A stretch of 64,000 nt of DNA from Tenericutes bacterium RIFOXYA12_FULL_35_10 (GCA_001830045.1 MIDA01000008.1:6499-70498); one strand, 5' to 3'. Counted from the stretch's first letter, positions 52,544-61,168 are shown. Notes: a model not told the origin generated them from the sequence alone. Translations and numbers: made by a program.

Positions 52544-52572
52544 ATTATATAATAATAACCTCGAAAAGACAA
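52544..52572 (-). promoter_or_regulatory. Promoter P2 of the ABC/nuclease locus
   Basis: TTGTCT (52572-52567), 17 bp, TATAAT (52549-52544). Confidence 0.6.
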
Positions 52573-52627
52573 CTTATAATTGCCTTACATCAACCTAAAT
52601 TTACTTTATTTTAGCAAAAGAAAATGA

Positions 52628-52681
52628 TGTAAGCGTTTTTAGAGGTAATTACATTATAGTATGACGTGTCACCTTTGTCAA
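52628..52681 (-). promoter_or_regulatory. Consensus promoter P1 with downstream cre-like operator
   Basis: TTGACA (52681-52676), 17 bp, TATAAT (52658-52653). TGTAAGCGTTTTTA at 52628-52641, about +5 to +18. Confidence 0.8.
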
Positions 52682-52724
52682 TGAAAGAATGCTATATTTT
52701 TTTCAAATCCCTTTCTTTATAAAG

Positions 52725-52746
52725 AAAGAGGCCCTGAGGACCTCTT
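52725..52746 (-). terminator. Intrinsic terminator after asnS
   Basis: Minus strand AAGAGGTCC-TCA-GGGCCTCTT then TCTTT. Confidence 0.7.
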
Positions 52747-54136
52747 AAAATTCACAATTTTTTGGTGTGCGTGGGAATGGAATGACATCTCTGATGTTTT
52801 CAACACCTGATAGATACATGATAAGTCTTTCAAAACCCATACCAAATCCTGCATGTACACAACCGCCATAACGACGTAGATCTAAATACCATTCAAGATC
52901 TTTTTGTGGTACATGAAGTTCTTCCATGCGCTTGATCAAATAGTCAAGTCTTTCTTCTCTTTGTGAACCGCCAACAAGTTCTCCTGAGCCTGGAACAAGT
53001 AGATCCATTGCTGCAACCGTCTTTCCATCATCATTTAAACGCATGTAGAACGCTTTGATATCTTTGGGCCAATCAATGACGAATACAGGTGACTTGAAGT
53101 GCTTTTCAGTTAAGTATTTCTCATGTTCGGTGTTAATATCTTGTCCGTGTTGTGGTTTATTTTCAAATTTCACACCACTCGAAAGAAGAATGTCGATCGC
53201 TTCCTTATGTGTGACTCTTGCAAAGGGTGAGTTTAAAACGTTTAACAAGCGATTTGTTAACCCTGGTTCAACGAACTTATCGAAGAATACCATTTCTTCT
53301 GGAAGTTTTTCAAATACGTATCGGATTAAGTATTTCACCATATCTTCAACAACTTCCATGTTTTTGGCTAAATCAGCAAATGCCATTTCGGGTTCAATCA
53401 TCCAGAACTCAGAAGCATGTCTTAATGTATTTGAGTTTTCTGCTCTAAATGTTGGTCCAAACGTATAGACGTTCTTAAATGCTAGTGCAAATGTTTCAGC
53501 TTCAAGTTGCCCGGTTACGGTTAAGTTTGTGGCTTTTCCAAAGAAATCCTTCTTAAAATCGATAGTTTTTTCTTCAGTGAGTGGCATTTTATCTAAAGGT
53601 AGCGTTGTAACACTAAACATTTGTCCAGCACCTTCACCATCGTTACCTGTAATGATGGGTGTATGTGTGTAGACGAAACCTCTTGATTGAAAAAACTCAT
53701 GAATGCCCATCGCAGCAACTGAACGCAATCTAAAAACAGCGTGAAAAAGATTGGTTCTAGCTCTTAAATGAGCTACCTCTCTTAAAAACTCACGTGTATG
53801 GCGTTTGGGTTGAATGGGATAATCTTCAGGTGAATCACCTAAAAGTTCAATATGAGAAGCTTTGACTTCAAAAGGTTGTTTTGCATCCGGTGTTAAAATG
53901 AGTTCTCCTTTGACTAAAATCGAACTTCCAACTCTCAGTTTTTGAACTTCTTTGAAGTTATCTATTTTTTGTTCTTCGTAAACTACTTGAAGTGTTTCAA
54001 AAAATGTACCATCGTGAAAGTTGATAAAACCGAACTCTTTTTGAGCACGATGATTTCTAACCCACCCATAAAGTTCGATCGTTTGTCCTAATTGTTTGTC
54101 TGTTTCTCTGTAAATCTGTTTGACTGTAGTTTCCAT
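52745..54136 (-). CDS. asnS: Asparaginyl-tRNA synthetase
   Basis: [56 protein letters not shown]. Confidence 0.97.
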   Translation of the reverse strand: METTVKQIYRETDKQLGQTIELYGWVRNHRAQKEFGFINFHDGTFFETLQVVYEEQKIDNFKEVQKLRVGSSILVKGELILTPDAKQPFEVKASHIELLGDSPEDYPIQPKRHTREFLREVAHLRARTNLFHAVFRLRSVAAMGIHEFFQSRGFVYTHTPIITGNDGEGAGQMFSVTTLPLDKMPLTEEKTIDFKKDFFGKATNLTVTGQLEAETFALAFKNVYTFGPTFRAENSNTLRHASEFWMIEPEMAFADLAKNMEVVEDMVKYLIRYVFEKLPEEMVFFDKFVEPGLTNRLLNVLNSPFARVTHKEAIDILLSSGVKFENKPQHGQDINTEHEKYLTEKHFKSPVFVIDWPKDIKAFYMRLNDDGKTVAAMDLLVPGSGELVGGSQREERLDYLIKRMEELHVPQKDLEWYLDLRRYGGCVHAGFGMGFERLIMYLSGVENIRDVIPFPRTPKNCEF

Positions 54137-54159
54137 GGATATACCTCCTGATTGTTAAA

Positions 54160-54398
54160 AAAATAAAACGCCCTCAGAATAAATCTAAGGACGTAAAATA
54201 TACGCGGTACCACCTTAGTTCTAGAATGAATTCTAGCCCTTTAAAACGTTTAACGCGGTTAGCGGATGGTTCTACTTTTTGACGAGCAAATTTCTTCCAT
54301 CTCTCCGAGTGTTCTTCACGTTTGACATAGCATCAGGCTTCCACCATCCCTGATTCGCTAACCTAGAGGTTAAACGTTACTCTCTCTTCATCGATTTC
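54160..54398 (-). ncRNA. T-box riboswitch (Asn, specifier AAC)
   Basis: T-box AAGGTGGTACCGCG at 54216-54203; specifier GTGAAG-AAC-ACT with AAC at 54313-54311; terminator ACGTCCTTAG...GAGGGCGT plus U-tract. Confidence 0.93.
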
Positions 54399-54404
54399 TT
54401 CATT

Positions 54405-54433
54405 ATTATACCTTTAATAAAGCGGATTGTCAA
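54405..54433 (-). promoter_or_regulatory. Consensus sigma-A promoter of the asnS leader
   Basis: TTGACA (54433-54428, overlapping the rmuC stop), 17 bp, TATAAT (54410-54405). Confidence 0.85.
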
Positions 54434-55590
54434 CTTTCTTCATCAGGTGAATCCATCTCAATTTCTTCAACATCCTCAGTATCAATTTCGCTAAATTTAG
54501 CTTCAGAAATATGTTGAAATTTTTTAGAAATTTTGGCGCTTGTTGTGTGCACATTATCTGCATTTTTAGCAACACTTTCAATGGAACGTTTAAGTTTATC
54601 CCAACGATCAACATAGCGTTTAAATTCTTCGCCAAGTTTTTTCAATTCTTCGACAATCACTTTAGCTTGTGCATCGCGTTCTAAGTTTCTAACGACCATT
54701 TGGATCATAGAAAGCGTTGAAATGAGTGTAGTTGGAGAGACGAGCCACACTTTATTTTTAGCTGCATACTCGATGAGTTCTTCATGGTATGCAGAAATTT
54801 CAGCAAAAATCGCTTCTGCTGGAACGAACATAAATGCTTGATCACCTGTTTCGTTAAAAATAATATATTTATTTTTAATATCATCGATATGCTTTTTAAC
54901 ATCTTTTTTAAAGTCTTTTGTTGCTTGAAGGCGGTCAGCATCTCCTAAATCACGATCAACCATCCGTCTATAGTTTTCAAGTGGAAATTTTGAGTCAATC
55001 GCAATCATTCCAATTGGATCTGGTGCATAGACGATCGCATCCGCTATTGAACCGTTAGATAAGGTCTTTTGTTTTTCATAAAGTTGTGTCGAATCACCTA
55101 AAACAGCGGAAAGAAGTTGATATAATTGAACTTCACCAAAAATACCTCTTGTTTTTTGCCCTTTAAGTAAATCATTTAATGAGATCACTTCGGTTGATAA
55201 GTTTTCAATCTTCTTTTGAGCTTCATCAATTTTGGTTAATCTTTCAACAACATCGGTAAACGTTTTGTTCGTTTTTTCGAAACCTTCACCAAGTCTTACA
55301 TCCACTTTTTCATTAATATCTTTAAATTTTGTCTCAATTTGTCGCAAGATTAAATCTTTAAACTCATTTAAATCTTTTTGGCTGGTTTTACCCGTATCAT
55401 TAATCATTTGCTGGAGCTGAAAACGAAATTCACTATACTCTTTTTGTAAGTAAACTTTTAAATCGCTTTGTGCATCTTTAAACTCGGTTAAATCAGGTGG
55501 CGTTGGTTCATTCTTTTTCATTAATACAATTAAATAAACCACCATCATGATTAAGACAATGATTAAACCACCAAGAATATACTCTATCAT
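54430..55590 (-). CDS. rmuC: DNA recombination protein RmuC family
   Basis: N-terminal TM, coiled coil, RGIFGEVQL, IDSKFP, AFMFVPAE, SPTT. Start moved to 55590. Confidence 0.9.
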   Translation of the reverse strand: MIEYILGGLIIVLIMMVVYLIVLMKKNEPTPPDLTEFKDAQSDLKVYLQKEYSEFRFQLQQMINDTGKTSQKDLNEFKDLILRQIETKFKDINEKVDVRLGEGFEKTNKTFTDVVERLTKIDEAQKKIENLSTEVISLNDLLKGQKTRGIFGEVQLYQLLSAVLGDSTQLYEKQKTLSNGSIADAIVYAPDPIGMIAIDSKFPLENYRRMVDRDLGDADRLQATKDFKKDVKKHIDDIKNKYIIFNETGDQAFMFVPAEAIFAEISAYHEELIEYAAKNKVWLVSPTTLISTLSMIQMVVRNLERDAQAKVIVEELKKLGEEFKRYVDRWDKLKRSIESVAKNADNVHTTSAKISKKFQHISEAKFSEIDTEDVEEIEMDSPDEES

Positions 55591-55592
55591 AC

Positions 55593-56552
55593 TTACCCCT
55601 CCAAATCTTCTAAATAATAAATATGCCAAATATCATCAATGACTTCAACATAAAACGTCATATATGTTTCATCCGATAAAATAAGATCGTTAACTGATGT
55701 GATAAAACGGTCATCATTTAATGCTCTTGAATAATTACGTTGATCTTGTTCATCGACCATCACACTTTGATAAGCTCTACTCACTAAATCAGTACAGTAA
55801 AACTTATACGACATATCAAGGAAAAACAGAAAATTATAAAGACTTTGATCGAGTTTATCTTCGCCATATGCGATCGCACCATCGATTTGATCTTCAGTTA
55901 TTCCTTTAACGCGGAGTCCAACAAAATCGTTTCTATATTTAGTTCCGTAATATGGATAACTTGAATCGCTTTCAGTTCGGTAATTCGGATTTAACCAATA
56001 ATTAGATGATGATTTGCTGACAGTTGCAGAAAAGTTGTGGGGCTCATTACCTGGCTGGAAAATAAAATCAAAAATGGTTTCATCATCTTGAGGGAATCCC
56101 ACAGCTTCAATAAAACGATTGTCATCCGTTTTTAATGCTGCGTGACCACCAAAGTAATAAGAGATAAAAAGATGCGCTAAAGGGCTATCGGGAAAAGGTG
56201 AATCTTGCGAAACGAAAATATCACCTGATTGACCGAGGAATTTTCTCGTTTCATCATAAAATACACTCCGTGTATCTGCTAATTCATATGATGTTTCACG
56301 TGAAACTTTATAGTATCTTCTGGTTTGAAAACGGTTAGTGCTATATTCGAAGATGACCTCTTCTTCAAAGGTCGATCTTTCCTTAAAATCAGCAATCATT
56401 TGATTGACTTGAATGTTTTCAGCAACCGCGATTCCAAGTGAATAAATCATCCCCATTAAAATGAGAATGAGCATTGTTTTAAGTATGCGAATCCATCTTT
56501 TTTTCTTTGATTTCTTATTTTTGGTTAGTTTTGCATGAAGTATCATCTGCAC
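55593..56552 (-). CDS. Membrane-anchored permuted papain-like (YiiX/YebB, NlpC/P60) protein
   Basis: N-terminal basic patch plus TM; His motif GGHAAL precedes Cys motif FYCTDLV (permuted order). Start is GTG 56552 or ATG 56546. Confidence 0.75.
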   Translation of the reverse strand: MQMILHAKLTKNKKSKKKRWIRILKTMLILILMGMIYSLGIAVAENIQVNQMIADFKERSTFEEEVIFEYSTNRFQTRRYYKVSRETSYELADTRSVFYDETRKFLGQSGDIFVSQDSPFPDSPLAHLFISYYFGGHAALKTDDNRFIEAVGFPQDDETIFDFIFQPGNEPHNFSATVSKSSSNYWLNPNYRTESDSSYPYYGTKYRNDFVGLRVKGITEDQIDGAIAYGEDKLDQSLYNFLFFLDMSYKFYCTDLVSRAYQSVMVDEQDQRNYSRALNDDRFITSVNDLILSDETYMTFYVEVIDDIWHIYYLEDLEG

Positions 56553-56640
56553 CATCATCACCTGCTCTTCCATATTATACCACGATGATTTAACGCGTAA
56601 ATAAAGATAAAGAAAAATGCCGGAAGCCGGCATCGTTCAT

Positions 56641-57264
56641 TTATCTTTTAGGTTTGATTACGAGTGCGCGTTGTTCGCCTTCACCCTCAGACTCAGTGAT
56701 GACATCACGCCATTCAGAAAGCTTTGTGTGGATAATACGACGATCAAATGCATTCATTGGATCAAGTTTCACTGCAATCTTGGTTTGTGCAACTTCTTTT
56801 GCAGTCTTTGTTGCAAGGATTTCTAGTTGTTTTTTACGATTTTCATGATAGTTACCGATGTCGAGTGACACGATTAAATGATCATCAACAAAGAGATTTA
56901 AATAGTTTCTTAACATGAATTGGAGCGCAAGTAATGATCTTCCTTCACGACCAATAAGGAGTGCATTTTCATCACTTTCAATGTGATAATAAAGTTCAGT
57001 TCCTTCATTCATCGTACGAACTTCCATACGTGTCTTAATATCCATGGTTTTAAGAATGTTTTCTAAGTAAACCTTACCTTCGGTTGCCAAATTGACATTT
57101 GGTGTCGCTTCATAGAAGGTAGATGTTCCAAATCCAAGCAAACCTTTCTTTTCTTTTAAGACGGTTAACTTGATTTTATCGATTTGCAACTTAAGTTGTT
57201 CAACAGCTAGCTTTTCAGCTTCTTGCAATGATTTTGCTTCAAATTCAACTCTCTTTAGATTCAT
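56641..57264 (-). CDS. jag: Jag/EloR (KhpB) RNA-binding protein
   Basis: Jag-N, KH (LLIGREG), R3H (RRIIH...TESEGEG). Confidence 0.93.
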   Translation of the reverse strand: MNLKRVEFEAKSLQEAEKLAVEQLKLQIDKIKLTVLKEKKGLLGFGTSTFYEATPNVNLATEGKVYLENILKTMDIKTRMEVRTMNEGTELYYHIESDENALLIGREGRSLLALQFMLRNYLNLFVDDHLIVSLDIGNYHENRKKQLEILATKTAKEVAQTKIAVKLDPMNAFDRRIIHTKLSEWRDVITESEGEGEQRALVIKPKR

Positions 57265-57269
57265 ATGAT

Positions 57270-58697
57270 TCACCCCAAAATCTGCTTTTGTTTTAATCTC
57301 TCGTGTTTCTTTTCATTCATCTTACGGTTGACTAAGGTTTGTCCTAATGAATAGATGTTACCAAAAATCCAATACAATGCGAGTGCACGTGATGAATAGG
57401 ATGCGAATGCCATCATGATAACCATCGCGTAACTAACATACTTCATGGTCTTTTCAGTTTGTTGTGCTTGTGGACTTAAGTTTTGACGACCAGTATTTTT
57501 CGCGTACGCAGGTTTCTTCATTGAAATCTGTTGGAGTAGGAACATTGTTCCACCAACGATTGCTGCTAAAATGAAACTGAAGATATCCAGTGTGCCCGTT
57601 GTTGCTGTAAATGCTAGGTCTAAACCTAAGAAGTTTGTGTTGCTTACACTTGTAGTGTACATACCACCTTCTAAAGTAATACGTCTAACAACACCATACA
57701 TTGCAATAAAGATTGGCATTTGTAGGAAAGGCATTAAACATCCAAACACGTTAATTCCGTGTTTTTTGTAAATTTGCATCATTTCCATCTGCATCATTTG
57801 TTGTGATTGTGGATCTTTTCTTGCTGCATATTTGCTTTGAACACGTTGCATATCAGGTTGTGCTAAATTCATCTTAATCGACATGTCATTGCTCTTCGCA
57901 TAAATTGGCCATGCTAATGTACGGACAACGATTGTTGTTAATAAAATCGCAAGTGCAAAGTTATTACCAAATAGACCACCAAATAAATTCATCACAAATG
58001 CAACTGGAATAACTAAGATCCAATCAAAAAACGTTGCATCCGCGTTTGTGATGGGGCGTTCGCCACCAGCAACATAGACATCAAAGTCTTGACTGAAGTT
58101 GTCATGTGTGAATGTCACTGTGAAACTTTGTTGATCTTTAAAACCATCTTCACCCATTGGGTCATATTCATGATCATCAAATTGTGTTAAAACATCTTCA
58201 CCCTTAAGTTCTGTTACATCACCGTCGCGTTCAACGACATAGATTAACATTCCTGTTGGATCAAAGGTTTCACCGATTTGAATAAGGACGTTGTCCTTAA
58301 CAAATCTGAAAGCGATCATGACAACATCATCAGCGTTACCTGTGATGGTTTCAGGTTTTACATATAATTGAAATGATGATTCGATATCTGAACTTGTGTA
58401 AGTGTAAGTTCTAACACCGTTTGCATCGGTTGTAACATTGGTTGGTAGTGCTCCGTCATAGTCGACAAGTGTTGCAATACCTTTTTCAGATAATGTCCAA
58501 TAAGATAGACCATTATCACCTTTGAAAACAATACTATTTGCTTCAGTGTGGTCAAACACGAGTTTTTCCCAAACATCTGTTTCACCAACAGGGTTGTTTG
58601 AAACAACCTTAACGATAGGGTCTGATCCACCACCGCAGGCTGCTAGACTGAAGACAAGAAGTACCATCATCACGATAAATATCATTCTTTTACTCAT
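57270..58697 (-). CDS. yidC: Membrane protein insertase YidC, lipoprotein type with long extracellular N-terminal region
   Basis: Lipobox LAA-C; TIVVRTL, GCLMPFLQMPIF, ALYWIFGN; gene order rnpA-yidC-jag. Confidence 0.93.
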   Translation of the reverse strand: MSKRMIFIVMMVLLVFSLAACGGGSDPIVKVVSNNPVGETDVWEKLVFDHTEANSIVFKGDNGLSYWTLSEKGIATLVDYDGALPTNVTTDANGVRTYTYTSSDIESSFQLYVKPETITGNADDVVMIAFRFVKDNVLIQIGETFDPTGMLIYVVERDGDVTELKGEDVLTQFDDHEYDPMGEDGFKDQQSFTVTFTHDNFSQDFDVYVAGGERPITNADATFFDWILVIPVAFVMNLFGGLFGNNFALAILLTTIVVRTLAWPIYAKSNDMSIKMNLAQPDMQRVQSKYAARKDPQSQQMMQMEMMQIYKKHGINVFGCLMPFLQMPIFIAMYGVVRRITLEGGMYTTSVSNTNFLGLDLAFTATTGTLDIFSFILAAIVGGTMFLLQQISMKKPAYAKNTGRQNLSPQAQQTEKTMKYVSYAMVIMMAFASYSSRALALYWIFGNIYSLGQTLVNRKMNEKKHERLKQKQILG

Positions 58698-59040
58698 TTA
58701 GGTTCTCCATTAGCTTAGATTTTTTCAATAGAACGTTTAATTTTGTTCTCATGTCCTGATAATCGAGTTGTGCAGCTGTTGGTTTAATAACAATCACAAA
58801 TTGTTTAGATTTAATGATCACATCTTTTAACTCAGCAACTATCATTCTAATTCTACGCTTTGCGAGGTTACGCGCTACAGCATTTCCGTAACGTTTTCCA
58901 ATCGAAAGCGCAAATCTAAAATGTTCACTTAACTGATCGTCAGCTTGATATATAGCAAAATAACTGTCACCTTTGACTACCTTTTGTTTGAAGATCGCAT
59001 CGATTTCGCTATTCTTCTTTATGCGATATCTTTTTTTCAT
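58690..59040 (-). CDS. rnpA: Ribonuclease P protein component
   Basis: RIKKNSEI, SIGKRYGNAVARNLAKRR (RNR motif). Confidence 0.95.
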   Translation of the reverse strand: MKKRYRIKKNSEIDAIFKQKVVKGDSYFAIYQADDQLSEHFRFALSIGKRYGNAVARNLAKRRIRMIVAELKDVIIKSKQFVIVIKPTAAQLDYQDMRTKLNVLLKKSKLMENLNE

Positions 59041-59067
59041 AGGTTTTCAATAATTTTAAAAAAAGAA

Positions 59068-59115
59068 GGACTACTCAAAAAATAACATGAAGTTATTATT
59101 TTAAACGAGTAATCC
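59068..59115 (-). terminator. Long hairpin plus U-tract between rpmH and rnpA
   Basis: Minus strand GGATTACTC...AATAAC-TTCAT-GTTATT...GAGTAGTCC then TTCTTTTTTT. Confidence 0.6.
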
Positions 59116-59141
59116 AAGTGTTTTTAAAATAACGATTAAGT

Positions 59142-59276
59142 TTATACAGTTAATGCTGCGCGGCCTTTCAATCTGCGACGAGCCAATACTTGTCGACCAT
59201 TTGCAGTAGCCATTCTCGCTCTAAAGCCATGGGTCTTAACGCGCTTTAGCTTACTTGGTTGATATGTTCTTTTCAC
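59142..59276 (-). CDS. rpmH: 50S ribosomal protein L34
   Basis: GTG start at 59276: [44 protein letters not shown]. Confidence 0.97.
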   Translation of the reverse strand: MKRTYQPSKLKRVKTHGFRARMATANGRQVLARRRLKGRAALTV

Positions 59277-59456
59277 AAATAAAACCACCTTTCTTGCGAA
59301 ACCATGCTTTTTCATTATATAAAAAGACCCCACATTTGTCAACCATAAACTTCGCTTTTTTTAACGAATGAAAGAACCATTTTTTGAAACGTTGAAAGAG
59401 GTTAGAAATAATGATGGATTTACATATCATTTTCACAAAAACAAGCAAACCCTCAT

Positions 59457-59610
59457 TGTGGATAACTTAACCACTTTTTTGTGGATATGTGGAAAACTGG
59501 GTAAAAAGTAAGATTGGCTTAATAAAGGCGTAAGATATATCAGGTTTCCCACAATCTTTCCACTTATCAACACACACCACTTGTCTGTTTTCCACAAAAA
59601 CTGTGGATAT
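59457..59610. other. oriC: DnaA-box cluster upstream of dnaA
   Basis: TGTGGATAA 59457-65 (perfect). One-mismatch boxes at 59480-88, 59488-96, 59564-72, 59588-96, 59602-10. Weaker box at 59545-53. Gene strand bias flips here. Confidence 0.9.
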
Positions 59611-59674
59611 CTTTTTCGCGCATTTTAGAGTAAGTGTGTTATTCTATGAATACGATGAAATAAGGGGTTTTAAT

Positions 59675-61039
59675 ATGAACACATACGACGTGCTTTGGCA
59701 GCGCATTTTAGCAGAACTTGAGACAACATTTAGCGAAGACATTTTTCAAGAGGTTTTTGAACCCCTCAAGTCGACTCACAAATACGCAAATGATCATGTA
59801 TACGTGATTGTTCCAAGTGAATTTATTAAAAATCGAATCAATCGACTCTATTTGGGAAAAATTAACACTTTAGCTCAAAAGTTCAATCAAGCTCCGATTC
59901 GTTTTAAATTTGTAACTGCGTCTGAAATGATTCCTGAAGAGACGTTGATCAGTCCAGAGCGTAACTTAAGTTTAAAATATAGACCTGGTAACTTAAATGC
60001 CACCTATACATTCGATAATTTTGTTGTTGGTAAATCAAACATGTTCGCATTCCGTATGGCCATGAAGGTTGCAGACCAACCTGGTGCTGTTGCGAACCCA
60101 CTTTACATCTTTGGTGATGTAGGTTTAGGTAAAACCCACTTAATGCAAGCCATCGGTAACTACATTTTAGACCAAGATATTAATAAAAAAGTCCTCTATG
60201 TCAAAGCAGATGGTTTTATTGAAGATTTTGCTAACCTATTAAAGAAAGAACGCATGGAAGATTTTAATGCGAAATACCGTGAGATTGATGTTCTTCTAGT
60301 CGATGATATTCAAATCATGGGTGGCGCTACTAAAACACAAATGGAGTTCTTTAAACTCTTTGATTATCTTTATCAAGCAAATAAACAAATTGTGATTACA
60401 AGTGATAAACCAGCTTCTGAATTAAAGAACATAATGACCCGCTTAACATCACGTTTTGAAGTCGGTTTAACCGTTGATATTCAAGTTCCTGATCTCGAAC
60501 ACCGCATTGAAATCTTAAAGCGTAAGCTCGCATCAGAATCTAGTGATATTCATGACATTCCAAATAACGTTTTAGAGTTCATCGCATCTTCTTTCGTAAC
60601 AAACATTAGAGAACTCGAAGGTGCCTTAAAACGCGTACTATTCTACTGCTTAACGAATAACCTCGATATGACAGTTGAAACCGTTAATGAGGCCCTGGAA
60701 CCACTCTTAAAGACGAAGCGGAAGAGTGATTCTTTAAACGAAAATAACTATGATCGAATCCAATCTATTGTCAGCGATTTTTATGGAATTACATTAGATG
60801 ATCTCGTTGGAAAAAAGAGACATTCTAAATATATATTGCCAAGACATATCGCGATGTATATTATTAAATTAAGATATAACATTCCTTATAAAACCATCGG
60901 ATCTCTCTTCGGAGATCGTGACCATTCCACTGTTTTAGCTGCATGTGAAAAGATTGATAATGATTTGAAACAAGATGCCGCATTAAAGATTGCAGTGGAC
61001 ACCATCATTAAAAAAATTGATGCATTTAACCGCAAATAA
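59675..61039 (+). CDS. dnaA: Chromosomal replication initiator DnaA
   Basis: NPLYIFGDVGLGKTHL, LLVDDIQ, RELEGAL, RDHSTV. Start moved from 59603 to 59675 (SD AAGGGG). Confidence 0.98.
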   Translation: MNTYDVLWQRILAELETTFSEDIFQEVFEPLKSTHKYANDHVYVIVPSEFIKNRINRLYLGKINTLAQKFNQAPIRFKFVTASEMIPEETLISPERNLSLKYRPGNLNATYTFDNFVVGKSNMFAFRMAMKVADQPGAVANPLYIFGDVGLGKTHLMQAIGNYILDQDINKKVLYVKADGFIEDFANLLKKERMEDFNAKYREIDVLLVDDIQIMGGATKTQMEFFKLFDYLYQANKQIVITSDKPASELKNIMTRLTSRFEVGLTVDIQVPDLEHRIEILKRKLASESSDIHDIPNNVLEFIASSFVTNIRELEGALKRVLFYCLTNNLDMTVETVNEALEPLLKTKRKSDSLNENNYDRIQSIVSDFYGITLDDLVGKKRHSKYILPRHIAMYIIKLRYNIPYKTIGSLFGDRDHSTVLAACEKIDNDLKQDAALKIAVDTIIKKIDAFNRK

Positions 61040-61168
61040 ATGTTTATAAAATAAGGGAAATGTGGTATAATAATAGCAGTGTTAAGCCTTTATCGGATTT
61101 ACCCACAAACCCACATTTGTAACAACAATAATTAAAGATGAATATTAAAAAAATAAAGGAGCCCGCAT
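61040..61168. other. dnaA-dnaN intergenic region (possible second oriC half / unwinding region)
   Basis: AT-rich; TTACCCACA box at 61099-61107; TG-G-TATAAT at 61063-61071. Confidence 0.5.

Noticed and set aside
59603-59674. N-terminal extension of DnaA, and similar upstream starts for dnaX-region, DHH, ttcA, rmuC, SDR and GGDEF ORFs
   Set aside because: The extensions overlap DnaA boxes, promoters or neighbouring genes and lack an SD; downstream starts have a proper SD.
61061-61135. TAATAATAGCAG and AACAACAATAAT as DnaA-trio arrays
   Set aside because: Orientation relative to the only good DnaA box does not match the B. subtilis arrangement, and the first overlaps a -10 box; unsupported.
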